This document shows positions 10,519 to 20,113 of a stretch of 64,000 nt of DNA, one piece after another. The stretch lies in contig CAWHFZ010000019.1 in NCBI GenBank assembly GCA_963828745.1, positions 61,842 through 125,841 on the forward strand. The letters run 5' to 3'. Both the position numbers and the translations under genes were made by a program. This DNA is from Vicinamibacteria bacterium. GTDB taxonomy: Bacteria; Acidobacteriota; Vicinamibacteria; Vicinamibacterales; JAENWD01. Numbering within the stretch: the stretch's first letter is position 1; each line of letters opens with the position of its first letter. The notes below the pieces were generated by a model. That model was not told where the DNA came from, did no database searches, and saw nothing but the letters and a program-made list of their open reading frames with translations.

Positions 10519-12771
10519 TCAGGCCTCGAGCCCCGGCAGGTCGCCGGCGCGTCCCTCGAAACGTCCGGCGAGACGCTCGCGCCGGCGGAGCCGTTCGGCA
10601 TCGCGCAGCATTCGCCCGGCCCATCGATAGACGTTGAACTCCGCGACGAATGCTCTCATCGCGTGCATGCGCACGCGCTGCTCCGCCTCGGGCATCGCGA
10701 GAGCCGCCGCCAGCGCATCGCTCGCCTCGTCGAGATCGTAGGGATTGACGATCAGCGATTCCGCCAGCTCCCGGGAGGCCCCGGTAAACGAGCTCAGCAC
10801 CAGCACGCCCTGCTCGTCGTCACGCGCGGCGACGAACTCCTTCGCGACCAGGTTCATGCCGTCGTGCAGGCTGCTGACGTAGACGAAGTGCGCGGCTTTC
10901 AGATAGCGGAAGACGAGCGGCGGCTCGTGATGCGAGCGCCTGAGCACGATCGGTTGATATGAACCGCTGCCGAACTCGTCGTTCACGCGCGTGACGACGA
11001 CATCCAGGCGTTCCCGGAGCGCGCGATACTCCGGAATCGTGGAACGGCTGGGCGCGGCGAGCTGCACGAAGACCAGGCGTCCACGATATTGCGGAAAGCG
11101 CTGCAGTAACCGCTCGACCGCGAGCAGCCGTTCCTCGATGCCTTTCGTGTAGTCGAGGCGGTCGACGCCGACACCGAGCAACGCATCCGCAGGCAGACCG
11201 AGCTCGTCGAAGAGCTCGCGGCGACACTGATCGACGGAGGGCGTCGACAGCGCCCATCGGTTCGGCCAGTCGATCGAGATCGGATACGGCCGAATCAGCG
11301 TCCGGACGCCGCCGTAGATGACCGCGTCGAATTCGCGATCGATGCGTGCTTCGAGGAAGCGATCGACGGAGTCGAAGAAGTTGTTGCAGTGAAACTGCGT
11401 ATGAAATCCGAGGATGCTGCTGCCGAGAAGGCCGTGCAGGATCTGCTCGGTGAACGGACAGATGCCGAGCCGCTCGAAGTTCGGCCACGGGATGTGCCAG
11501 AACGTGATGATCGTCGCGCGCGGCTTGCGCTCGCGAATCAGGCGCGGCGCCAGCGCGAAGTGGTAGTCCTGCACCAGGACGATCGCATCGTCTGCATCCA
11601 TCTCCTGGCACGCCGCGTCCGCGAACCGCTCGTTCACGTCGCGATAGGTGTCCCAATCGCCGCTGCGGAACACCGGCCGCGTGTCGGCGATATGGCACAG
11701 CGGCCAGAGCCCCTCGTTGGCGAATCCGTAGTAGTAGCCTTGTTCCTCCTGAGGCGTCAGCCAGATGCGGCGCAGGACGTAATCGTCCTCGCCCGGTGGC
11801 ACGGCGATCCGATCCTGGGCGTCCACAAACTCGCGATCCGCCGACCCGCTGCCGTGCGCGACCCATACGCCCGAGCACGCGCGCATGACCGGCTCGAGCG
11901 CGGTGACGAGACCGCTCGCCGGGTGCTTCACCGCAACGCTGCCATCGGCCTGGCGCTCGTGGATGTATGGCTCGCGGTTCGCCAGGACGACGATCCGCTC
12001 GCCGAGCAGATACCGCCGCAGAGAGTCCTTGAGACGCTGTGGTGTCCATGCGCCGCCGGTCCCGTCGAGATCGCGCTCGACGCTGATGCGATCGATCAAC
12101 TCACGGACGTCGCCCATCAGGGGCTGGAACTCTGGCCGATGGACGTCGCCGCGCAGCATCCGGCGGATCTCGTTGGTCCATCCGTGCCAGGAGGCCCGCC
12201 GGATGACGATCGTGAGGAGCGAGGCGGCGCCAGCCAGGACCGCAAACGTGCCGACGAGCAGCTGCTGAATGCGTGCCTCACGATGCTCGGCAAATCCGAA
12301 GTCGTGCAGGAGCAGCACGAACCCGAGCGGCGTGCCGCGGTCGATCAGCGGCATCGCGCTCAGATGTGCCGGGCCGCCCTCCATCTGCACCCCGGAGCGC
12401 CACGTCGTCCACTCGCTCGCCGGCGCGCCAGCGGCCGGGCGTACGTGGCGCGCGATCGTGTTGCAGCTCACTTCGGCGGGCCACTCGGTCGTCGCCGCCA
12501 GGAGCGACCCGGTGCGCGAGCAGGCAGCGGCCGCGACCAGCCGCTCGTCGTGCGTCAGCGCCGTCAGCAGCGCGGTCATCCGCGTGGTGGAGGTGCCCGA
12601 CCAGTCTTCGACGAGCTTGTCCCGGGCGCCGGCGAGGGCGAGGTCAGCGCGGCCGGCCAGATCGCGCTCGAACCACTCGTTCAACGTCTGCGAGACGAAG
12701 TACGAGCTGGCGAGCACCAGCAGGCCGAGGGCCGTGAGCACGGCCAGCGTGACGCGGAGGACACGAGACAT
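10519..12771 (-). CDS. otsA: Trehalose-6-phosphate synthase with N-terminal two-TM extracytoplasmic domain
   Basis: [50 protein letters not shown]; extra ~250-aa N-terminus with two hydrophobic segments. Confidence 0.92.
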   Translation of the reverse strand: MSRVLRVTLAVLTALGLLVLASSYFVSQTLNEWFERDLAGRADLALAGARDKLVEDWSGTSTTRMTALLTALTHDERLVAAAACSRTGSLLAATTEWPAEVSCNTIARHVRPAAGAPASEWTTWRSGVQMEGGPAHLSAMPLIDRGTPLGFVLLLHDFGFAEHREARIQQLLVGTFAVLAGAASLLTIVIRRASWHGWTNEIRRMLRGDVHRPEFQPLMGDVRELIDRISVERDLDGTGGAWTPQRLKDSLRRYLLGERIVVLANREPYIHERQADGSVAVKHPASGLVTALEPVMRACSGVWVAHGSGSADREFVDAQDRIAVPPGEDDYVLRRIWLTPQEEQGYYYGFANEGLWPLCHIADTRPVFRSGDWDTYRDVNERFADAACQEMDADDAIVLVQDYHFALAPRLIRERKPRATIITFWHIPWPNFERLGICPFTEQILHGLLGSSILGFHTQFHCNNFFDSVDRFLEARIDREFDAVIYGGVRTLIRPYPISIDWPNRWALSTPSVDQCRRELFDELGLPADALLGVGVDRLDYTKGIEERLLAVERLLQRFPQYRGRLVFVQLAAPSRSTIPEYRALRERLDVVVTRVNDEFGSGSYQPIVLRRSHHEPPLVFRYLKAAHFVYVSSLHDGMNLVAKEFVAARDDEQGVLVLSSFTGASRELAESLIVNPYDLDEASDALAAALAMPEAEQRVRMHAMRAFVAEFNVYRWAGRMLRDAERLRRRERLAGRFEGRAGDLPGLEA

Positions 12772-12975
12772 GACACGTTATTTCTGACATCCGGCGTGCA
12801 TGGTCACGGCCGGGTACGACCGTGACCTGGGGAGCGGCCAGTCTTTCACAGGCTCTGAAAGAGGGCAAGGCTGGCGGTCACGGATGCGGTGGATTCCGGC
12901 GCGCTGGCCTCCTCCGCACCAGCCGGCCGCGTCCCGGCCGCCCTCAGGGCTCGACTGGTGTGCGATCATGACGCC

Positions 12976-14589
12976 ATGCGCCGCCTCGTCGCCGCAGTGA
13001 TCGTGACCATCGGCGTCTCGTACGTCACGGTCATCGGCGACGCCGATCGCACCGAACGGTTTGGCCCCGTCGACCACATCGCCGCGCGCGAGCTGCGCCA
13101 CCATCTCGAATACATCGCCTCCGACGCACTGGAGGGCCGCGACGCGCTGTCGCCCGGCTTCCGCGAGGCGGCTGACTACGTAGGCGAACAGCTCCGCGAG
13201 GCGGGTGTCGAGCCGGCCGGCGACAACCGTACCTACTTTCAGGACGTGGGCGTTCGCCGGACCACCGTCGACGCCTCGAAGGCATCGGTCGCGCTCGGCG
13301 ATGCGCGCTTCTCGCACGGCGCTGACTACCTGGCGCCATCTCCGGGAAAGGCGTCGGGAGGTCTGGTCTACGTCGGTCACGGTTGGCGCGTCCCGTCGAA
13401 GAACCTCGATCCTTTCAAGGGACTCGACGTCAAGGGCAAGTGGATGGTCATTCTGCCGGGATCGCCGGAGGAGCTCACGCCTGCGGACCTTGCGAGGATG
13501 GTCGCTGACGTGGACTTCGTGCAGCCCGAGGCCAACGCGCGGACGTCCGGCGCCATCGGCATCGTGAAGTTGCCGTCGTCGTACGACTTGAATCACTGGG
13601 ATCGTGACAAGGCGCTTGAGATCACCCGGGGAGAGCTCGTCGTCGATCGCCTGACGCCACCGGCGGATCGGATCCCGCAGATCACCGCCGGCGCCAGGAT
13701 GATCGAGGCACTGTTCCGGGGCGAGGCGGAGGACGGCGACAAGATGACCGGGCGTGCTTCGCGCCGCGACCCCGGGGCGTCGTTTGCGCTCGATGCGGAC
13801 AAAGTGCTCGCAGTGGACGTGCCGACGACAGTGCGGGTGGAGCACACGATGAATGTCATCGGCATCGTCGAGGGAACCGATCCGGCGCTGAAGAACGAAT
13901 ACGTGGCCCTGGGAGCCCATCTCGATCACCTGGGACGCGCGACCGACGCGAAGCGCAAAGGCGGCGATGACATCAACAATGGCGCCGACGATGACGGTTC
14001 GGGTGTGGTCGCGCTGGTAACGATGGCGGAGGCGGTGGCCAAGGGCCCGCGGCCGAAACGCTCTCTGCTGTTCGTCTGGCACACCGGCGAGGAATACGGC
14101 AGCTGGGGTGCGCAATACTTCGTCGCCTATCCGCCGGTGCCACTCGATCACATCGTCGCCCAGCTGAACGTGGATATGATCGGCCGCTCGAAGTATCCGG
14201 GTATCTCAGAGCCCGGGGACGGGCAACTGACAGGTCCGACCGAGGTCTACCTGGTGGGATCGCGGCGTCTCAGCCGGGATCTTGGCGACACGTGCGTATC
14301 GGTGAACGATGCCTATCTGCATCTGAAGTTCAACTACAAGTACGACGCTGCCGACGATCCCGAGAAGATCTACACGCGCAGCGATCACTACGAATATGCG
14401 CAGAAGGGCATCCCTGTCGCCTTCTTCTTCAGCGGACTCCACGGGGACTACCATCGCCCGTCCGACGAAGTGAGCCGCATCGATTTCTCGAAGCTGCAGC
14501 GGGTGGCGCGCACCGTGCTGGCCACGGCCTGGACGCTCGCCAACGCTCCCGGCCGGCCGCGCCTCGACGGCCCTGCCCAAACACATTAG
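12976..14589 (+). CDS. Secreted M28 family metallopeptidase with PA insert
   Basis: LEGR, GAHLDHLG, NGADDDGSG, GEEYG, NVDMIGR, RSDH, YHRPSD; N-terminal signal. Confidence 0.9.
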   Translation: MRRLVAAVIVTIGVSYVTVIGDADRTERFGPVDHIAARELRHHLEYIASDALEGRDALSPGFREAADYVGEQLREAGVEPAGDNRTYFQDVGVRRTTVDASKASVALGDARFSHGADYLAPSPGKASGGLVYVGHGWRVPSKNLDPFKGLDVKGKWMVILPGSPEELTPADLARMVADVDFVQPEANARTSGAIGIVKLPSSYDLNHWDRDKALEITRGELVVDRLTPPADRIPQITAGARMIEALFRGEAEDGDKMTGRASRRDPGASFALDADKVLAVDVPTTVRVEHTMNVIGIVEGTDPALKNEYVALGAHLDHLGRATDAKRKGGDDINNGADDDGSGVVALVTMAEAVAKGPRPKRSLLFVWHTGEEYGSWGAQYFVAYPPVPLDHIVAQLNVDMIGRSKYPGISEPGDGQLTGPTEVYLVGSRRLSRDLGDTCVSVNDAYLHLKFNYKYDAADDPEKIYTRSDHYEYAQKGIPVAFFFSGLHGDYHRPSDEVSRIDFSKLQRVARTVLATAWTLANAPGRPRLDGPAQTH

Positions 14590-14674
14590 GGCCCGGCGAT
14601 TTTCGGGTAGGTGGCGGCTGCCGCCCGGATCTGACCTCCCAGCCAGACCATTCGCCCGCCCATCGACGTCATAT

Positions 14675-14690
14675 CTGGTACCAACATTGC
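14675..14690 (+). promoter_or_regulatory. Candidate sigma-54 (-24/-12) promoter for the HtrA gene
   Basis: CTGGTAC-CAACA-TTGC with GG-N10-GC spacing, 33 nt upstream of ATG 14723. Confidence 0.55.
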
Positions 14691-14722
14691 CTCTGGTACC
14701 GTCATTTTGCGAGGTGTGATTC

Positions 14723-16207
14723 ATGTCATTCGAGTTTTCCAACACGCGTCCCTTCCGGCGAGCCACGGCCTGGACGGGAGCGGCGCTCGTTGCCGCCACG
14801 CTCGGTGTGGCTGGATGGCAGGCCGGCGGCGCGCGGGCTGAAACGCCGGCGTCGCCGCAGGCCAAGCCCGACGTGGGCCCACGGCCCGGAATTCACGGCG
14901 CGATCACGTCGTACGCCGATGCCGTCGCCCGCGTCGCGCCAGCGGTGGTAACCGTCCGGGTCGATCGCAAGGCGCAGCCGGAGCCCACCGACTTCCAGGA
15001 CGATCCGCTGTTCCGCCGATTCTTCGGCGAGCGGATGCCGTCGCAAGGCCGCCAGCCGCGCGAGCGCGGTCTGGGCTCCGGGGTGATTGTGTCCGGTGAT
15101 GGCCACATTCTCACGAACGCCCATGTGGTGGAGGGCGCGGATCACGTCCGCGTCGAGCTGAACGACGGCCGCGAATTCACGGCAAAAGTGGTCGGCGTGG
15201 ATATGCCGAGCGATCTCGCGGTGCTCGACGTGAATGCGGCCAACCTTCCGGCGCTGCCGCTGGGCGATTCGAACAGCCCGCGCGTCGGCGACGTCGTCCT
15301 CGCCGTCGGCAACCCGCTGGGTGTCGGACAGACCGTGACCATGGGCATCCTGAGCGCGAAGGGCCGCCAGACCGAGGGCGGCGACACGAGCTACCAGGAC
15401 TTCCTGCAGACCGATGCGCCGATCAACCGCGGCAACTCCGGCGGCGCGCTGGTGACGGCCAACGGCGAGTTGATCGGCATCACGTCGCAGATTCTGTCGC
15501 AGAGCGGGGGCAACATCGGCATCGGCTTCGCCATCCCGGCGACGATGGCGAAGCACGTCATGACCGAGCTGGTCTCGACGGGCCACGTGCGCCGCTCGAT
15601 GATTGGCGTCACCGTGCAGCCGGTGACAGCGGATCTCGCGTCGAGCATGCATCTGAGCGAGGTCCGTGGCGCCCTCGTGAACAGTGTGGCTCCGGAGAGC
15701 CCGGCCGCGGAAGCAGGCATTCAGACCGGTGACGTGATCACGAAGTTCAACGAGACGACGATCGATAGCGGCAACGAGCTTCGGAACATCGTGTCGTCGA
15801 CGGCTCCGGGATCGACCGCGGAGCTGACCGTCATCCGCGACCAGACGCCACGACAGGTGCATGTGACGCTCGCCGAACGAAAGGCCGAGCAGAGCGCGTC
15901 GAGCGAGGGCGGCGCCCACGGCGAGGACGGCCTCGGTATGACCGTCCAGCCCCTGACGCCGAGCCTCGCACAGCAGCTCGAGGTGCCGCGCGCAACCGAG
16001 GGTCTCGCCGTGACCGGCGTCGATCCGGACGGTGCGGCTGCGGCGGCGGGCATCCAGGAAGGCGACGTCATTCGACAGGTGAACGGCAAGAGCGTTCGCA
16101 GCGCGGGCGAGCTGCGCCAGGCGGTCGCTGGCAGGGAAGGCCGGCCCGACCTGTTGCTCGTGCAGCGCGGCGAGCAGAGCTTCTTCGCGACGATCGATCG
16201 CGGCTAG
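14723..16207 (+). CDS. HtrA/DegQ family serine protease with two PDZ domains
   Basis: GSGVIV, LTNAHVV, DLAV, QTDAPINRGNSGG; two PDZ-like repeats. Confidence 0.95.
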   Translation: MSFEFSNTRPFRRATAWTGAALVAATLGVAGWQAGGARAETPASPQAKPDVGPRPGIHGAITSYADAVARVAPAVVTVRVDRKAQPEPTDFQDDPLFRRFFGERMPSQGRQPRERGLGSGVIVSGDGHILTNAHVVEGADHVRVELNDGREFTAKVVGVDMPSDLAVLDVNAANLPALPLGDSNSPRVGDVVLAVGNPLGVGQTVTMGILSAKGRQTEGGDTSYQDFLQTDAPINRGNSGGALVTANGELIGITSQILSQSGGNIGIGFAIPATMAKHVMTELVSTGHVRRSMIGVTVQPVTADLASSMHLSEVRGALVNSVAPESPAAEAGIQTGDVITKFNETTIDSGNELRNIVSSTAPGSTAELTVIRDQTPRQVHVTLAERKAEQSASSEGGAHGEDGLGMTVQPLTPSLAQQLEVPRATEGLAVTGVDPDGAAAAAGIQEGDVIRQVNGKSVRSAGELRQAVAGREGRPDLLLVQRGEQSFFATIDRG

Positions 16208-16245
16208 TCCCCACGTCTCACCGGCACGTGCGATGATCGTCGCGC

Positions 16246-17040
16246 GTGCCGGCCTCTTCCCCCATCGGATTTCTCCTCGCGCTCGCGGCCGGAACTGCCG
16301 CGGGCGCGATCAACGCGATTGCCGGCGGCGGGACGCTGGTGTCGTTTCCAGCCATCGTCGCGCTCGGCGTGCCTCCGCTCGTCGCCAATGCGACCAACAC
16401 GGTGGCCTTGTGGCCCGGCGCCTTTGCGAGTCTCTGGGCCTATCGCGCCGAAGTTGCCGGCGCGAGAGCGTGGGCGGTGCGCTTTGCGCTGCCGAGCGTG
16501 CTTGGCGGCGCCACCGGCGCGGTTCTGTTGCTGTTCACGCCCTCGGATCGCTTCGAGCGGGTGGTGCCGTTTCTCGTCCTCGGCGCGACCGTGCTGTTCA
16601 TGGCGCAGGGTCCGATTTCGCGGCGGCTGACGCACCGGCGCGCTCACGACGATGTCGATGTGCCGGGAACAGCGCTGCCACCGCCGCCGGCGGCGTACTT
16701 GCTCTATCAATTCGGCGTGGGCGTCTATGGCGGCTACTTCGGCGCCGGAATTGGCATCCTGATGCTGGCGGTTCTTGGCGCGATGGGGCTGACGAACATC
16801 CATCGCATGAACGGCCTCAAGAACTGGGGTGCGCTCTGCATCAACGCCGTGGCGGCGGTGATCTTCTCGCTGAGCGGCGTCGTGCACTGGCCGTTTGCAA
16901 TCGCGACCGCGGCAGGTGGATTGGTCGGCGGCTACGGCGGCGCGTGGCTCGCGCAGCGCGTTGCCCAGGTGTGGGTGCGCCGCACAATTACGGCGATCGG
17001 GTTGTCGGCCTTCGTCTGGCTGCTGGCGAAGTCACATTAA
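16246..17040 (+). CDS. TauE/SafE (TSUP) family membrane transporter
   Basis: AGGGTL..P..ANATN, YGGYFGAGIG; about 8 TM segments. Confidence 0.88.
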   Translation: MPASSPIGFLLALAAGTAAGAINAIAGGGTLVSFPAIVALGVPPLVANATNTVALWPGAFASLWAYRAEVAGARAWAVRFALPSVLGGATGAVLLLFTPSDRFERVVPFLVLGATVLFMAQGPISRRLTHRRAHDDVDVPGTALPPPPAAYLLYQFGVGVYGGYFGAGIGILMLAVLGAMGLTNIHRMNGLKNWGALCINAVAAVIFSLSGVVHWPFAIATAAGGLVGGYGGAWLAQRVAQVWVRRTITAIGLSAFVWLLAKSH

Positions 17041-17143
17041 GAGTCCTTCGAGCCCCACGATCGTAAGCTCTTCCACCGCGCCGGACTGGTACACTGGCGG
17101 GAGTGTGATACAACGCTGAGAATCGGAGCTGAAGGGGGTCCCC

Positions 17144-18016
17144 ATGAAGCGTCGCGAGTTCCTACGGTATGGCGCAGCCGCAGCCGGTGCGTTCGTCAGT
17201 CTCGACACGTTCCCCTATCACCTCTACGCCGCCAGCACGCCGAAGAACCCACACGACGTCGTGACGCTCGGAAAGACCGGCATCAAGGTCTCACGGCTGG
17301 CGCAGGGAACGGGCACCAACGGCGTCAACCACAGTTCCAATCAGATTCGGAAGATGGGCGATCAGGGGCTGGCCGACCTGCTGGTCCAGGGCGTGGACAA
17401 CGGCCTGCAGTTCTGGGACCTCGCCGATCAATACGGCAGCCACCCGCACGCGAAGCTCGCGCTGAAAACGGTGAAACGCGATCGCGTCGTGATTCTCACC
17501 AAGACCCACGCCAACACCGAGAAGGAGATGTGGGCCGATCTCGATCGCTTCCGCCAGGAGACCGGCACCGATCATCTCGACATCGTGCTGCTGCACTGCA
17601 TGCTCAACGCCAACTGGCCGCAGGAGAAGGCCGGGGCAATGCACGTGCTGTCAGAGGCCAAGCAGAAGGGCATCATCCGTGCTCATGGCGTCTCCTGCCA
17701 CGATCTGGGCGCCTTGAAGGTCGCTGCCGATACCGACTGGGTCGACGTCGATCTCGCGCGGCTGAATCCTGCTGGCGTCGCAATGGACGCGGACCCGGCG
17801 ACGGTCATCTCCGTGCTGCGCACGATGAAGCAGCGCGGCAAGGGCATTATCGGGATGAAGATCCTGGGGGCCGGTCAGCTGCGCGGCAAGCGGGACGAGG
17901 CGCTGCAATATGCCCTCGCGCAGGAGGTCCTCGATTGCTTCACGATCGGCTGCGAGAGCCCCGCGGAGCTCACGGATCTGATGACCAGAATTCCCGCGGC
18001 GAGCACGCGCGCCTGA
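17144..18016 (+). CDS. Aldo/keto reductase with twin-arginine-like leader
   Basis: KRREFL leader; LGKTGIKVSRL, DLADQYG, LLH, GVSCH, GMK motifs. Confidence 0.88.
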   Translation: MKRREFLRYGAAAAGAFVSLDTFPYHLYAASTPKNPHDVVTLGKTGIKVSRLAQGTGTNGVNHSSNQIRKMGDQGLADLLVQGVDNGLQFWDLADQYGSHPHAKLALKTVKRDRVVILTKTHANTEKEMWADLDRFRQETGTDHLDIVLLHCMLNANWPQEKAGAMHVLSEAKQKGIIRAHGVSCHDLGALKVAADTDWVDVDLARLNPAGVAMDADPATVISVLRTMKQRGKGIIGMKILGAGQLRGKRDEALQYALAQEVLDCFTIGCESPAELTDLMTRIPAASTRA

Positions 18017-18017
18017 G

Positions 18018-19064
18018 TTACGGATCCACCCGGACGATCCGGTGGTTCTCGCTGTCGGAGACATAAATGGCGCGCGAGTGCGGCAGCACTTGCGCGCCGT
18101 GCGGCCGGTTCAACTCGCACCGGTCAGCCGGTCCTCCGAGCCCGCCAGCCCCCAGCTTTCCCGTTCCCACTACCCGCAGGATCGTGGCGTTACCGGGCAC
18201 GTAGCGCCGCACGACGTGATTTTCGGTATCGGCGATCAGCACGCTCTGGTCGTTGTCGTCGATCGAGATGTGCTTCGGGCCGTTGAGCATTGCCAACCTG
18301 GCTGGACCGCCGTCGCCTGAAAAGCCACTGACGCCAGTCCCGGCTACCGTCCGAATCCGGCCGTTCGGCTGCACCACGCGGAGCGCATGCCCTTCTCGCT
18401 CGAGGATGTAAAGGTTGCCGACTGCATCGACCGCGATCGCGCGCGGGTCGACGAGCGGTTGCGTGAGCGCAGGCTCGCCATCGACAGGCACGCCCTTTTC
18501 GCCGTTGCCTGCGACGGTCGTGACGACACCGCTCTCGAGTGCGACGGCGCGAATGCGGCGGTTGCCGAGGTCGCAGATGTAAAGCCGCGACCCGTGGAAT
18601 GCGATCGCGAAGATGCCGCCGAACTGCGCATCGACGGCCTGGCCGCCGTCGCCGGCGAAGCCTTTGACGCCCGTCCCCGCGAACCGTGTGATCACCCCGG
18701 TCGTCAGCTCGATCCGTCGCACCGCAAAGTTCTGCGTGTCGGCGACGTACAGCGCGCCGTCCGGACCAAACGCCAGATGATGCGGGCTGTTGAACTGCGC
18801 CCGGATCGCCGGTCCGCCATCGCCTGAAAATCCTGCTTCGCCGGTGCCCGCGAACACCCGCAGCGTGCCGGCGCGATCCAGCACGCTCACACGATGTCCG
18901 CCCATCTCGACGATAAAGGTGTCATCGTTTGCGGCCACGGCGACGCCGAAGGGCTCGTTCAAGTTGCCCTGCACGACGAGAGAAGCGCGCCCCTGTGTCG
19001 CCGGTTGCGCAACAGCGAGCGCCGCGATCAGCAATGCGAAGAAGGATCTCGTGACCACCGTCAT
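18018..19064 (-). CDS. Secreted NHL-repeat beta-propeller protein
   Basis: Repeated AGTGxxGFSGDGGPA..LYVADxxNxxVRRI units; signal peptide. Confidence 0.88.
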   Translation of the reverse strand: MTVVTRSFFALLIAALAVAQPATQGRASLVVQGNLNEPFGVAVAANDDTFIVEMGGHRVSVLDRAGTLRVFAGTGEAGFSGDGGPAIRAQFNSPHHLAFGPDGALYVADTQNFAVRRIELTTGVITRFAGTGVKGFAGDGGQAVDAQFGGIFAIAFHGSRLYICDLGNRRIRAVALESGVVTTVAGNGEKGVPVDGEPALTQPLVDPRAIAVDAVGNLYILEREGHALRVVQPNGRIRTVAGTGVSGFSGDGGPARLAMLNGPKHISIDDNDQSVLIADTENHVVRRYVPGNATILRVVGTGKLGAGGLGGPADRCELNRPHGAQVLPHSRAIYVSDSENHRIVRVDP

Positions 19065-19070
19065 ATCAGC

Positions 19071-20111
19071 TCATCGGCGAGGGGCTTGTACTTTTCGTTT
19101 GATGCGCGCGCGGGCGCCCGCCTGCGACAGCATGAACCGGTGCCAGTCGTCCCGGTGTGACGTCACCTGCAGCGGCTTCAGCGCGAGCAGGCCCGTTCGC
19201 CCGATCGAGCGCTGAAGGTATTTGAGCTCCGACAGGGACTCATGCAGATCGTCGTCAACCGGTATCTCGAGGCCGGCGCCGCGCGCGATCAGGCGTGCCT
19301 TGGCCTGGACCGAGAGCTCCAGCTCGAGCCTGAGGAGGCAGAACATGTCAGCGACGATGGGACCGTCGAAGTGTGCGCGCAGCTCCCGCAGGTAGGTGCC
19401 AAAACGCGTGACCTGAAAATGCTCCGACACGACCAGGTTCAGGAGCTCGATGTCCAGATCGAGCCCGGCACCGACCCACTCGCGTGTCGCGCGGTCGCTG
19501 CGTTCGAAGACCGCGATCACGAGGAGCGGCAGCACGATCAGCAGCAACGCCGTCGCGATGAGCGGCGACACCAGCAGACGGTTGTAGATCGCATGGATGA
19601 CAATCGCTGCCACCCAGCCGGGAAGGAGGGCCAGCATCGCCCTTTCCGGTTTCCGATCGGCCATCGTCTTCGCGATCATGGCCAGGACCGCTGTGGTCGC
19701 TCCGTGCAGCACGGCGGTGCCGAGCCCGCGGACGACCCACAACATCAGCGGTGCCGATCCGACTTCACGCAGGTAGGTGAAGTTCTCGAACACCGCGAAG
19801 CCCGTGCCGACGGCGAATCCCTGCACGGCCGCGTCAACGACGAATCCGACGCGCCTTCGCAGAATCAGGAAGGCGACGAACAGCGCCTTTGCGGCCTCCT
19901 CGGTGACCGGCGCGATGTAGTGGGTCAGGACGCCGACATCGACCGATGCCGCGAGCAGCCGCAGGTGCAGCGCCTCGCATGCAATGCCCGCGACCACGCC
20001 ATAGACCAGCGCCAGACCGACCGAGGCCGGTCTGACCAGCTTGAAGCTGTCCATCAGCAGCAGCACGCCGAGGAACACGAACGCCGGGAGCACCGCGACG
20101 ACAATCGGCAT
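19071..20111 (-). CDS. PrsW family glutamic intramembrane protease with C-terminal soluble extension
   Basis: EExxK (PVTEEAAK), GTGFAVFEN, HGATT and HAIYN motifs; multiple TMs. Confidence 0.85.
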   Translation of the reverse strand: MPIVVAVLPAFVFLGVLLLMDSFKLVRPASVGLALVYGVVAGIACEALHLRLLAASVDVGVLTHYIAPVTEEAAKALFVAFLILRRRVGFVVDAAVQGFAVGTGFAVFENFTYLREVGSAPLMLWVVRGLGTAVLHGATTAVLAMIAKTMADRKPERAMLALLPGWVAAIVIHAIYNRLLVSPLIATALLLIVLPLLVIAVFERSDRATREWVGAGLDLDIELLNLVVSEHFQVTRFGTYLRELRAHFDGPIVADMFCLLRLELELSVQAKARLIARGAGLEIPVDDDLHESLSELKYLQRSIGRTGLLALKPLQVTSHRDDWHRFMLSQAGARARIKRKVQAPRR

Positions 20112-20113
20112 GG

